This document shows, piece by piece, positions 10,155-17,873 of a stretch of 64,000 nt of DNA; the stretch's first letter is position 1; the number at the start of each line of letters is the position of its first letter. Where the stretch lies: contig JAXFOQ010000040.1 in the NCBI GenBank assembly GCA_034180345.1, forward strand, positions 6,265 through 70,264, written 5' to 3'. This DNA comes from Erysipelotrichaceae bacterium. GTDB lineage: Bacteria; Bacillota_I; Bacilli_A; Erysipelotrichales; Erysipelotrichaceae. A program made the position numbers and the translations under genes. The notes below the pieces were generated by a model. It had not been told where the DNA came from, did no database searches, and worked only from the letters and a program-made list of their open reading frames with translations.

Positions 10155-10737
10155 AATAACTTTAAAAAATAGTTTATATGGTTTAATTGGAGCAATAGTT
10201 TTAGGCTTCGGTATTGGTACATGGGACTTTGTGCGACTTGGCTTTGATTCGATTAATGTTTTTTATAATGCACTTTGTAATATTACAGGTTTATCGTTCT
10301 CGGCTATTAATTTTATTGGTGGGGCAGTGATGATTGTGGCCTGTATCATCATTGATCGTAAACAATTGGGAATTGCCACATTTATCAATGTTGTGATCAT
10401 CGCCTTAAGTATTAAGTACACAGGCTATTTTTATAGTCATTTTTATACTGATAATTTCTTTGTGAAGTTATTGATTCATTTTGTTGGTTTAAATGCCATT
10501 GCCCTTGGGGCAGCAATGATTGTGGTGTGTGATTTGGGTAAATCGCAATATGATGCCTTTGTTTTTGCGATTGCTTCAAAAAGTAAAAAATCATTTGTCT
10601 TTATCCGTTATATTGTTGATGGTGTGGCCTTAACACTAGGAATCTTATTAGGAGGAAGTTATGGTATTGGTACAATTATTGCCATCTTATTTATCGGTCA
10701 TTTAATGAAGCAATATATCAAGGTATTGAAAAGATGA
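10147..10737 (+). CDS. integral membrane protein (YczE/YitT-like)
   Basis: Six hydrophobic segments. Overlaps the uvrB stop and the miaA start. The family call is tentative. Confidence 0.5.
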   Translation: MNKITLKNSLYGLIGAIVLGFGIGTWDFVRLGFDSINVFYNALCNITGLSFSAINFIGGAVMIVACIIIDRKQLGIATFINVVIIALSIKYTGYFYSHFYTDNFFVKLLIHFVGLNAIALGAAMIVVCDLGKSQYDAFVFAIASKSKKSFVFIRYIVDGVALTLGILLGGSYGIGTIIAILFIGHLMKQYIKVLKR

Positions 10738-11630
10738 ATAAGGTCTTGGTTATTGTTGGGGCCACTGCCAGTGGTAAGAGTGCCTTGGGGATTAAATTAG
10801 CTAAACTTTTGAATGGTGAAATTATCTCTGGTGATAGTGTGCAGGTCTATAAGCATTTTAATATTGGTTCTGCTAAAATTTCTAAGGAAGAAATGGCTGG
10901 TGTTAAACATTACTTAATTGATGAATTGGATATTAAGGATGATTTTAGTGTTTATAACTTTCAAAAAAAGGCACGGGCCTATCTTAAACAAATTATCGCT
11001 AGTCATAAATTACCTATTATCGTTGGTGGAACAGGGCTTTATATTAGGGCTGCCCTATATGATTATCAATTTGAAGAAATTGATCACTGTGATTATCAAT
11101 GGGATAATTATGATGATGAAACACTATATAAGATGATGGTGGATATTGATCCACTCAGTGCTCAAAAAATTCACCCTAATAATAAAAGAAGAATTATAAG
11201 AGCCTTGGACATATATCATAGCACCAGTAATACTAAAAGCAGTTTAGAAGCAAAACAAAGCCATCAACCGATTTATGATGTGATGATGATCGGTATTAAA
11301 CCTGAGCGTAAACTCTTATACCAAAGAATTGAAGCCAGAGTTGAGGCGATGTTTAAAAATGGTTTAGTTGATGAAGTTGAGGACTTATTAAATAGGGGTG
11401 CCAGTTTTGATGATAAGGCTTTTAAGGCTATTGGCTATAAAGAATTTAAAGAATATTTTGAGGGTCAAATTGATTTAGCTGAGGTTAAAAGATTAATTAT
11501 TAAGCATACTAAAAATTATGCTAAAAGACAGGAAACATGGTTTAATAATAAAGAAAATGTTTATTGGATTGATGGGGATAATTGTGATCAATTGATTGAT
11601 AAAGTAAGGGATTGGCAAAATGCAGGATAA
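10734..11630 (+). CDS. miaA: tRNA dimethylallyltransferase
   Basis: GATASGKS P-loop, ISGDSVQVY, and GGTGLY motifs typical of MiaA. Confidence 0.92.
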   Translation: MNKVLVIVGATASGKSALGIKLAKLLNGEIISGDSVQVYKHFNIGSAKISKEEMAGVKHYLIDELDIKDDFSVYNFQKKARAYLKQIIASHKLPIIVGGTGLYIRAALYDYQFEEIDHCDYQWDNYDDETLYKMMVDIDPLSAQKIHPNNKRRIIRALDIYHSTSNTKSSLEAKQSHQPIYDVMMIGIKPERKLLYQRIEARVEAMFKNGLVDEVEDLLNRGASFDDKAFKAIGYKEFKEYFEGQIDLAEVKRLIIKHTKNYAKRQETWFNNKENVYWIDGDNCDQLIDKVRDWQNAG

Positions 11631-12318
11631 ATTATTAAGAATGGAAGCCTTAATCGGTAGTGATTGTTTAGATAATTTAAAAGCTGCTAAAGTGATGATT
11701 TGTGGAGTAGGCGGTGTCGGTAGTTTTGTTGCTGAAGCCTTGGCCCGTAGCGGTGTCGGTAAAATGGTGCTTATAGACTATGATGACATCGACATCAGCA
11801 ATCTTAACCGTCAACTTGAAACGGATATTAATAATATTGGTAAGTCCAAGGTGGAGGCAATGGCTAAACGAATTACAATGATCAGTGATTGTGAGGTCAG
11901 CTTCAGAAAAGAATACATTGATGAAAATTTTAGTTTAGCTGATGATTTAGACTATGTAATTGATTGCATCGACAGTCTTAATTCCAAATTGGTCTTGGCC
12001 AAATTGGCTAAACAAAAGGGTATTAGACACTTGGCCTCTATGGGAGCTGCTAAAAGAATAGAAGCTGGAAATATCATCTATTGTAATCTCGATAAAACTT
12101 TCAACGATCCTCTTGCGAGAAGGTTTCGTGAATTGGTTAAAAAAGAGCGTTATCAGCATAATATTAAGGTGGTATTTAGTGATTCTTTACCAATTAAGAC
12201 TAATTTTGGGTTATTACAAAAACAAAAAACGCTAGGAAGTTGTATAATGGTTACAGGTGCTATTGGACTTAAAATAGCCGAAGTTGTGCTTAAACAACTT
12301 ATGGAGGTAAAACGATGA
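11620..12318 (+). CDS. tcdA: ThiF/HesA-family tRNA threonylcarbamoyladenosine dehydratase
   Basis: GVGGVGS Rossmann motif, D..D..SNLNRQ, and overall TcdA/YrvM-like size. Confidence 0.75.
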   Translation: MQDKLLRMEALIGSDCLDNLKAAKVMICGVGGVGSFVAEALARSGVGKMVLIDYDDIDISNLNRQLETDINNIGKSKVEAMAKRITMISDCEVSFRKEYIDENFSLADDLDYVIDCIDSLNSKLVLAKLAKQKGIRHLASMGAAKRIEAGNIIYCNLDKTFNDPLARRFRELVKKERYQHNIKVVFSDSLPIKTNFGLLQKQKTLGSCIMVTGAIGLKIAEVVLKQLMEVKR

Positions 12319-14006
12319 AATTTAAAGATTTTGAATATCAAAGAATTAATTTTGAAACAATCGAAGAAACATTTAAACCCTTATTGAAAGAACTTGAGGA
12401 GGCTAAGGACAGCGTAACTTTTAATAAGGCGTTTAATAAGATTAATGAGTTTAGAAATCATATTACAACCCAAACGGTTTTGTGTAGTATTCGTCATGAT
12501 ATTAATACTAATGATGAATTTTATACTAAGGAAAATGATTATTGGGATGAGATTTTGCCGAAGGTACAGTTGTTCGACAATCTTTTCTATAAGATATGTC
12601 TTGCCTATCCTAGGCGTGATGAATTGAATATTCCTGATACTTTCTTTAAGATTGCTGAATTTTCATTAAAGAGTTTTGATGAAAAGATTATTGAAGAACT
12701 GCAATTAGAGAATAAATTAACCAGTGAATATACTAAATTAAAGGCTGGAGCCTTAATTGAATTAGATGGTAAGACCTATAATTTATCATCTTTGGGTCCT
12801 AAATTAAGCGACACTGACCGTGATGTTAGAAAGCGTGCTTATAAGGCTGTGAATGATTATTTTGAAAAACATGAGGCCGACTATGACCGTGTTTATGATG
12901 AATTGGTCAAGGTCAGAGATCGCATGGCTAAGAAATTAGGCTATGCCAACTATGTTGAAATGGGTTATATGCGTATGCAAAGAATTGGCTATGATAAGAA
13001 TATGGTGGCTAAGCTTCGCAAACAAGTATTAGAAGATATTGTGCCGATTGTCAGTGATATTTATGAGGCTCAACGCATAAGGCTGGGGCTTGATAAATTA
13101 ATGGAATACGATCGTTCACTTACTTTTTTAAGTGGTAATCCTACCCCTAAGGGAAGCAAGGATGAATTGGTTGCCAAGGCTTTGAATATGTATAAAGAAA
13201 TGTCGCCTGAAACTGGGGCCTTCTTTGAGATGATGGTCAACCATGATTTATTTGATTTAGAATCAAAGGATGGTAAAAATACAGGTGGTTACTGCACTGA
13301 TATTCCTGATCATAAAGTACCATTTATTTATGCCAACTTTAATGGTACTGCTGGTGATGTCGATGTTTTAACTCATGAAGCAGGTCATGCCTTCCAAGCC
13401 TATATGACCGCTAGGAGTAACACCATTCCTGAATGCGCCTTCCCAACGATGGAAACTGCAGAAATTCATTCAATGAGTATGGAATTTTTTGCCTATCCTT
13501 GGATTGAAGACTTTTTCAAGGAAGATAGTATCAAATATCGTTACAAACATATTAGTGGTACCCTTAAATTTTTACCTTATGGTGTTCTTGTGGATCACTT
13601 CCAACATGAAGTATATGAAAATCCAGAAATGAGTATCGCTGATCGTAAGGCAACATGGAAGAAATTAGAAGCGATGTATGAACCATTTATAAACTATGAA
13701 GATGATGATTTTGCGGCTAAGGGTACCTTCTGGTATCGACAAGGTCATATCTTCCAATCTCCTTTCTACTATATTGATTACTGTATTGCTCAACTTTGTG
13801 CATTACAATTTTTCAACCGTAGTCTGATTAAAGATGAAGGAACTTGGGAAGATTATTTAACGATTTGTCGCAATGGTGGTACTAAGAATTTCCTCGAGAA
13901 TGTTGCTGATGCTCACCTTGATTCACCATTTGAAGAAGGAAGCATTGCGAAAATTATCGGCAATATCGTGTCAGAATTAAATAAATATGATGTTTCAAAG
14001 TATTAG
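12315..14006 (+). CDS. pepF: M3B-family oligoendopeptidase (PepF-like)
   Basis: HEAGHAF zinc motif with a downstream E; ~560 aa, typical of oligoendopeptidase F-type enzymes. Confidence 0.8.
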   Translation: MKFKDFEYQRINFETIEETFKPLLKELEEAKDSVTFNKAFNKINEFRNHITTQTVLCSIRHDINTNDEFYTKENDYWDEILPKVQLFDNLFYKICLAYPRRDELNIPDTFFKIAEFSLKSFDEKIIEELQLENKLTSEYTKLKAGALIELDGKTYNLSSLGPKLSDTDRDVRKRAYKAVNDYFEKHEADYDRVYDELVKVRDRMAKKLGYANYVEMGYMRMQRIGYDKNMVAKLRKQVLEDIVPIVSDIYEAQRIRLGLDKLMEYDRSLTFLSGNPTPKGSKDELVAKALNMYKEMSPETGAFFEMMVNHDLFDLESKDGKNTGGYCTDIPDHKVPFIYANFNGTAGDVDVLTHEAGHAFQAYMTARSNTIPECAFPTMETAEIHSMSMEFFAYPWIEDFFKEDSIKYRYKHISGTLKFLPYGVLVDHFQHEVYENPEMSIADRKATWKKLEAMYEPFINYEDDDFAAKGTFWYRQGHIFQSPFYYIDYCIAQLCALQFFNRSLIKDEGTWEDYLTICRNGGTKNFLENVADAHLDSPFEEGSIAKIIGNIVSELNKYDVSKY

Positions 14007-14015
14007 GAGGTACAG

Positions 14016-14717
14016 ATGAACAATTATAATTATGATTATATCGAAGAAGAAAGAAGTATTGATTTAAATCGTTATCTTGTTTCAACTTTCGGATTATTGG
14101 CAGCAGGACTTGCACTATCAACGCTAGCTGGGGCAGTAATCAGCAGATATTTTTTAGGTTTACTTTTTGAAAATCGAGCTTTTATCTTGATTGCGATCAT
14201 GGTTCAATTGGCACTTGTGATTAATTTATCCGCAAGAATTACCAAGATGGAAACCGTTACTGCTTGGCTTAGTTACTTCGGTTATTGTTTAATTACTGGA
14301 ATTAACTTTGCGTTTTTGATGTTGTCATTTGAAATAACTTCAATGGTTATGGCCTTTGGTATGACAGCTGTGGTTTTTACTTCTATGGCTATTATTGGGC
14401 TTACAGGCAAAGTTGATTTTACGAAATTTGGTAGTTATTTTTTGGTGGGCTTATTAGCGATTATCATCATCAGTATTTTAAATGTCTTCTTCTTTAAAGC
14501 TGAAGGATTAAGCTTATTTGTTTTATACGGTGGAGTAATTTTGTTTTTAGGTTTAACAGCTTATGATGTTCAAAAAATTAGAAACATCTATTATGAAGTC
14601 CAACATGATGATAAGTTAAGAAATAATTTTATGGTTTATGGAGCCTTTCAGTTGTATCTTGATTTTGTTAATTTATTTATTTATATCCTAAGAATTTTTG
14701 GTCGAAGAAGAAATTAA
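14016..14717 (+). CDS. Bax inhibitor-1/YccA-family membrane protein
   Basis: Seven TM segments and a C-terminal basic tail (GRRRN). The AYDVQKI motif is typical of the BI-1 family. Confidence 0.8.
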   Translation: MNNYNYDYIEEERSIDLNRYLVSTFGLLAAGLALSTLAGAVISRYFLGLLFENRAFILIAIMVQLALVINLSARITKMETVTAWLSYFGYCLITGINFAFLMLSFEITSMVMAFGMTAVVFTSMAIIGLTGKVDFTKFGSYFLVGLLAIIIISILNVFFFKAEGLSLFVLYGGVILFLGLTAYDVQKIRNIYYEVQHDDKLRNNFMVYGAFQLYLDFVNLFIYILRIFGRRRN

Positions 14718-14750
14718 CAGAGTTAGCATTTTAAATTATTAATAAGTTTA

Positions 14751-14801
14751 AAAAGACTATTATAAATTGGTCCATTAATGTCCGATATTTAATAGTCTTT
14801 T
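14751..14801 (+). terminator. possible intrinsic terminator after the BI-1 gene
   Basis: Inverted repeat AAAAGACTATTA / TAATAGTCTTTT (12 bp arms) ending in a T-run. The loop is long (27 nt), so confidence is moderate. Confidence 0.45.
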
Positions 14802-14892
14802 ATTATTGTTGGGTTTTATTTGCGATAAATTATTAGCAGTTAAATAATATTTTAAGCATTAATATGTTAGAATTGACTTATATTAAAAAATT

Positions 14893-15090
14893 ATGCACTA
14901 TCTTTGTAAGAATTGTAAATATGAATTTGATTATCTACCGCCAGTTCATCAACATCGTATGGCCTTTGGTAAATTTGGTGGTGATAAATGTATAATCTGT
15001 CGCAGGGGACAGGCGCTTGAAAAAGTTTGTCCTAAGTGTGGTGAGAAGTCTTTTGAAGTTAGTGTTAAAATTCCTAAAGAATTCATTTAA
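14893..15090 (+). CDS. small zinc-ribbon protein (three CxxC pairs)
   Basis: 65 aa with CKNC, CIIC and CPKC motifs. Lies 17 nt upstream of pepO on the same strand. Confidence 0.5.
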   Translation: MHYLCKNCKYEFDYLPPVHQHRMAFGKFGGDKCIICRRGQALEKVCPKCGEKSFEVSVKIPKEFI

Positions 15091-15106
15091 AGGAGGAAAT
15101 AGATAG

Positions 15107-17002
15107 ATGAGTGTTAGAATTCAAGATGATTTATATCAAGCAGTTAATGGTGAATGGTTAAAAAGTGCTGTAATACCTGATGATCGCCCGACTACTGGTG
15201 GTTTTGCAGACCTAGATCAAGAAGTGGAAAAAATCTTAATGAAAGATTTTAAAGAGATGGCTTGCGGTGATAGGGAGATTCCTAATATTTTAGGAATGAA
15301 GGATGCGATTAAATATTATAAACAAATTTTAAATATTGAAAAGCGTAATCAAGAGGGTATTAGCCCACTTATGCCTTTGTTGAATAAAATTAAAGCTATT
15401 AAGTCCCTTGATGATTTTAATAGTAGAATTAAAGAATTGGCATTTGATAGTATTGAATTACCGATTAATTTCTTTGTGCAGGCAGATATGAAGGATGCTT
15501 TGAACCATAGTTTTACTATTCAAGGTCCAGACATCATTCTTCCAGATACGACATATTATGGTAATGATGCTGGTAAGAGTTTGTTGGAAATTTATCAAAA
15601 TACCGCTTTAAAATTGATGGATTATACTGACTTAACGGATGCAGATAAAAAAAGATATGTTGAAGATACATTGGAATTTGATGAGCTTGTATCAAAAAGA
15701 GTAAAGAGTCAATTAGAGTGGGCGGACTATGTTAATGACTATAATCCGATGGCTATTGATGATGTTATTGAATATTTAAGACCTTTTGATATTCGAGGAT
15801 TTTTGTATGCGGTCTATGGTGATGATTTACCAAGGACAATTATTGTTAGAGATCCTAGAGCGATTAAAGAGTTTAAAGAATATTTTAATGAAACAACCTT
15901 TACGAAGTACTTGCATTGGTTATATGTTAGAACCCTCTTATCTGGAGCATCATTTTTATCAGAAGAAATGACAGCTCTTTCTCATGTGTATCGTCGTAGT
16001 CTTGTAGGTATTGAAAAGGATCCTGTTTTAGAAAAACAAGCCTATCAACGAGCATCTTCAATGTTTGATGAACCAATCGGAGTTTATTATGGACGCACAT
16101 ATTTTGGTGAAGAAGCTAAGCAGGATGTAGTTTTGATGGTTAAGAAAATTATCAAAGCCTATGAGGGAAGAATGAGAAAAAATACCTTCCTTGAAGAAGC
16201 TACAAAGGAAAAAGCCTTACTTAAATTAGCTAATATCACAATCAAAATGGGCTATCCTGATGAGGTTCATCAGTATTATGAATTGATGAGTGTAAATGAA
16301 GAAGATTCATATTTTGAAACAACACAAAAATTAAATCATGTTTTGTTGGAAAGAAATTTGAATAAACTTAATAAGGCAGTGGATAAGACAGAGTGGGAAA
16401 TGCCAGGACATATGGTTAATGCTTGTTATGACCCAAGTAAAAATGATATTACCTTCCCATCGGCAATTCTTCAAAAACCTTTCTATGCGATTGATCAAAG
16501 TGTAAGTGAAAATCTTGGTGGTATTGGTGCGGTTATTGGCCATGAAATATCACATGCCTTTGATAATAACGGTGCGCATTTTGATGAAAATGGAAACTTA
16601 AACAATTGGTGGCTTGAAAAAGACTTCGCTGAATTTGAGAAACTTACTAAAAATATGATTGAACAATTTGATGGCATTGATTTCTGTGGCGGTAAAGTCA
16701 ATGGTGAACTTGTTGTGAGTGAAAATATTGCCGATAATGGTGGTATGGGGGCGACACTTGAAATATTGCACCAAGAAAAAGATGCTGATTTTGAGGCCTA
16801 CTTTAAAAACTGGGCAAGGGTATGGTGTCATAAATCTAAAGAGGAATATGTATTATTGTTATTGAGTAATGATGTACATGCCCCAGGTGAGTTGCGTAGC
16901 AATATGCAGCCTCGTAATTTCCAAGAGTGGTATGATACTTTTGGAGTTACTCATGAAGATAAAATGTATCTACCTGAAGAAAAACGGATAACGATTTGGT
17001 AA
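15107..17002 (+). CDS. pepO: M13-family neutral endopeptidase
   Basis: HEISHAFD zinc motif, ENIADNGG, and NAxY motifs; 631 aa, typical of PepO. Confidence 0.88.
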   Translation: MSVRIQDDLYQAVNGEWLKSAVIPDDRPTTGGFADLDQEVEKILMKDFKEMACGDREIPNILGMKDAIKYYKQILNIEKRNQEGISPLMPLLNKIKAIKSLDDFNSRIKELAFDSIELPINFFVQADMKDALNHSFTIQGPDIILPDTTYYGNDAGKSLLEIYQNTALKLMDYTDLTDADKKRYVEDTLEFDELVSKRVKSQLEWADYVNDYNPMAIDDVIEYLRPFDIRGFLYAVYGDDLPRTIIVRDPRAIKEFKEYFNETTFTKYLHWLYVRTLLSGASFLSEEMTALSHVYRRSLVGIEKDPVLEKQAYQRASSMFDEPIGVYYGRTYFGEEAKQDVVLMVKKIIKAYEGRMRKNTFLEEATKEKALLKLANITIKMGYPDEVHQYYELMSVNEEDSYFETTQKLNHVLLERNLNKLNKAVDKTEWEMPGHMVNACYDPSKNDITFPSAILQKPFYAIDQSVSENLGGIGAVIGHEISHAFDNNGAHFDENGNLNNWWLEKDFAEFEKLTKNMIEQFDGIDFCGGKVNGELVVSENIADNGGMGATLEILHQEKDADFEAYFKNWARVWCHKSKEEYVLLLLSNDVHAPGELRSNMQPRNFQEWYDTFGVTHEDKMYLPEEKRITIW

Positions 17003-17009
17003 TATTATA

Positions 17010-17046
17010 AAATTCCATCTTATAATTGGATGGAATTTTATTTTAG
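17010..17046 (+). terminator. intrinsic terminator of pepO
   Basis: AAATTCCATC-N9-GATGGAATTT hairpin followed by TATTTTA. Confidence 0.75.
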
Positions 17047-17051
17047 GCAAT

Positions 17052-17160
17052 AAAAAAACTTACATTGTGTAAGTTTAGTGTACTACATGTACAACCCTTG
17101 CGGGCGGTTAAGATAAATCTTTATTTGAACTCGTTATGTAGTTAATTAGGGATCAACTAC
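17052..17160 (-). ncRNA. tracrRNA: tracrRNA of the type II-A locus
   Basis: Plus-strand 17134-17156 is identical to CRISPR repeat positions 10-32 at 21 of 23 nt, and 17124-17128 matches repeat positions 2-6, so the anti-repeat is on the minus strand. Downstream on the minus strand lie small hairpins (AAGA/UCUU, CCC-GCAA-GGG, GUAC-N5-GUAC), then the terminator hairpin ACTTACA-N3-TGTAAGT followed by T7 (17052-17076). The ends are approximate. Confidence 0.8.
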
Positions 17161-17166
17161 ATTCTT

Positions 17167-17194
17167 AGTATAACTCAAACAAATATAAAATCAA
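17167..17194 (-). promoter_or_regulatory. putative sigma-A promoter of tracrRNA
   Basis: On the minus strand, TTGATT (17194-17189), a 16 nt spacer, then TATACT (17172-17167). This places the start near 17160, just upstream of the anti-repeat. Confidence 0.5.
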
Positions 17195-17242
17195 TATTAA
17201 TTTTAATATTTTATTTTGTTGTGCATTTTTTTGTACATAAGA

Positions 17243-17271
17243 TTGATTATAATATTGTTAAAGGATATAAT
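17243..17271 (+). promoter_or_regulatory. putative sigma-A promoter of cas9 operon
   Basis: TTGATT (17243-17248), a 17 nt spacer, then TATAAT (17266-17271). An AGGAG SD follows, then the ATG at 17289. Divergent from the tracrRNA promoter. Confidence 0.5.
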
Positions 17272-17288
17272 TACAAAAAGGAGAAAAT

Positions 17289-17873
17289 ATGTACAAATTA
17301 GATGAATATTATTTAGGGTTTGATATAGGAACAAATTCTGTCGGTTGGGCAGTTACTGACAACAAATATAAGGTATTAAAATTTAATGGAAAATCTATGT
17401 GGGGTGTTCGGATGTTTGATGAAGGTAAAACAGCTTTAGAACGCCGAACTTTCAGAGCTGTCAGAAGAAGAAAAGAAAGACAAAAATTTAGATTAAGTTT
17501 ACTTGAAGATTTATTTAAAGATGAAATTTCTAAAAAAGATATGGGTTTTTTTATGCGTTTAAAAGAAAGCGCTTACTACAAGGAAGATAAAAGTATATGC
17601 CAAAAGAATGCGCTATTCAATGATATTAATTATAAAGATAAAGACTATCATAAAGAATATCCGACCATTCACCATTTGATTAAACATATTATAGATGATA
17701 AAAGTCCTGTTGATATTCGCTTGCTATTTCTTGCGATTCATTATTTAATAAAAAATCGAGGGCATTTTCTATTTGCTGGAAATTTTAAAATTGAAGGATC
17801 GTTTAATGAACTTTTCAATAATCTAAAGAAAACGATTGAAGATGATTTGGGTATAGTTTTGATTGTGATTTAG
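17289..17873 (+). CDS. cas9: Cas9, N-terminal fragment (RuvC-I, arginine-rich bridge helix); frame ends prematurely
   Basis: YLGFDIGTNSVGWAV (RuvC-I catalytic Asp), RRTFRAVRRRKERQKFR bridge helix, and YPTIHHLI..NRGHFLF. The frame stops at TAG 17871-17873, while homology continues in the -1 frame. Confidence 0.9.
   Translation: MYKLDEYYLGFDIGTNSVGWAVTDNKYKVLKFNGKSMWGVRMFDEGKTALERRTFRAVRRRKERQKFRLSLLEDLFKDEISKKDMGFFMRLKESAYYKEDKSICQKNALFNDINYKDKDYHKEYPTIHHLIKHIIDDKSPVDIRLLFLAIHYLIKNRGHFLFAGNFKIEGSFNELFNNLKKTIEDDLGIVLIVI

Noticed and set aside
17173-17185. The minus-strand string GTTTGAGTTATAC in the tracrRNA promoter resembles the repeat 5' end (GTTTGAGAGTT), raising the idea of a stray repeat fragment
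   Set aside because: Only 7-8 nt match, it overlaps the predicted -10 box, and there is no adjacent spacer-repeat periodicity. It is most likely coincidental.
17846-17852. Programmed -1 ribosomal frameshifting as the main explanation for the split cas9
   Set aside because: The heptamer fits X_XXY_YYZ, but U_UUG_GGU is not an established efficient slippery site. I see no convincing downstream stem-loop or pseudoknot within ~10 nt, and no precedent for a frameshifted cas9. It is kept only as a low-prior alternative inside the frameshift finding.
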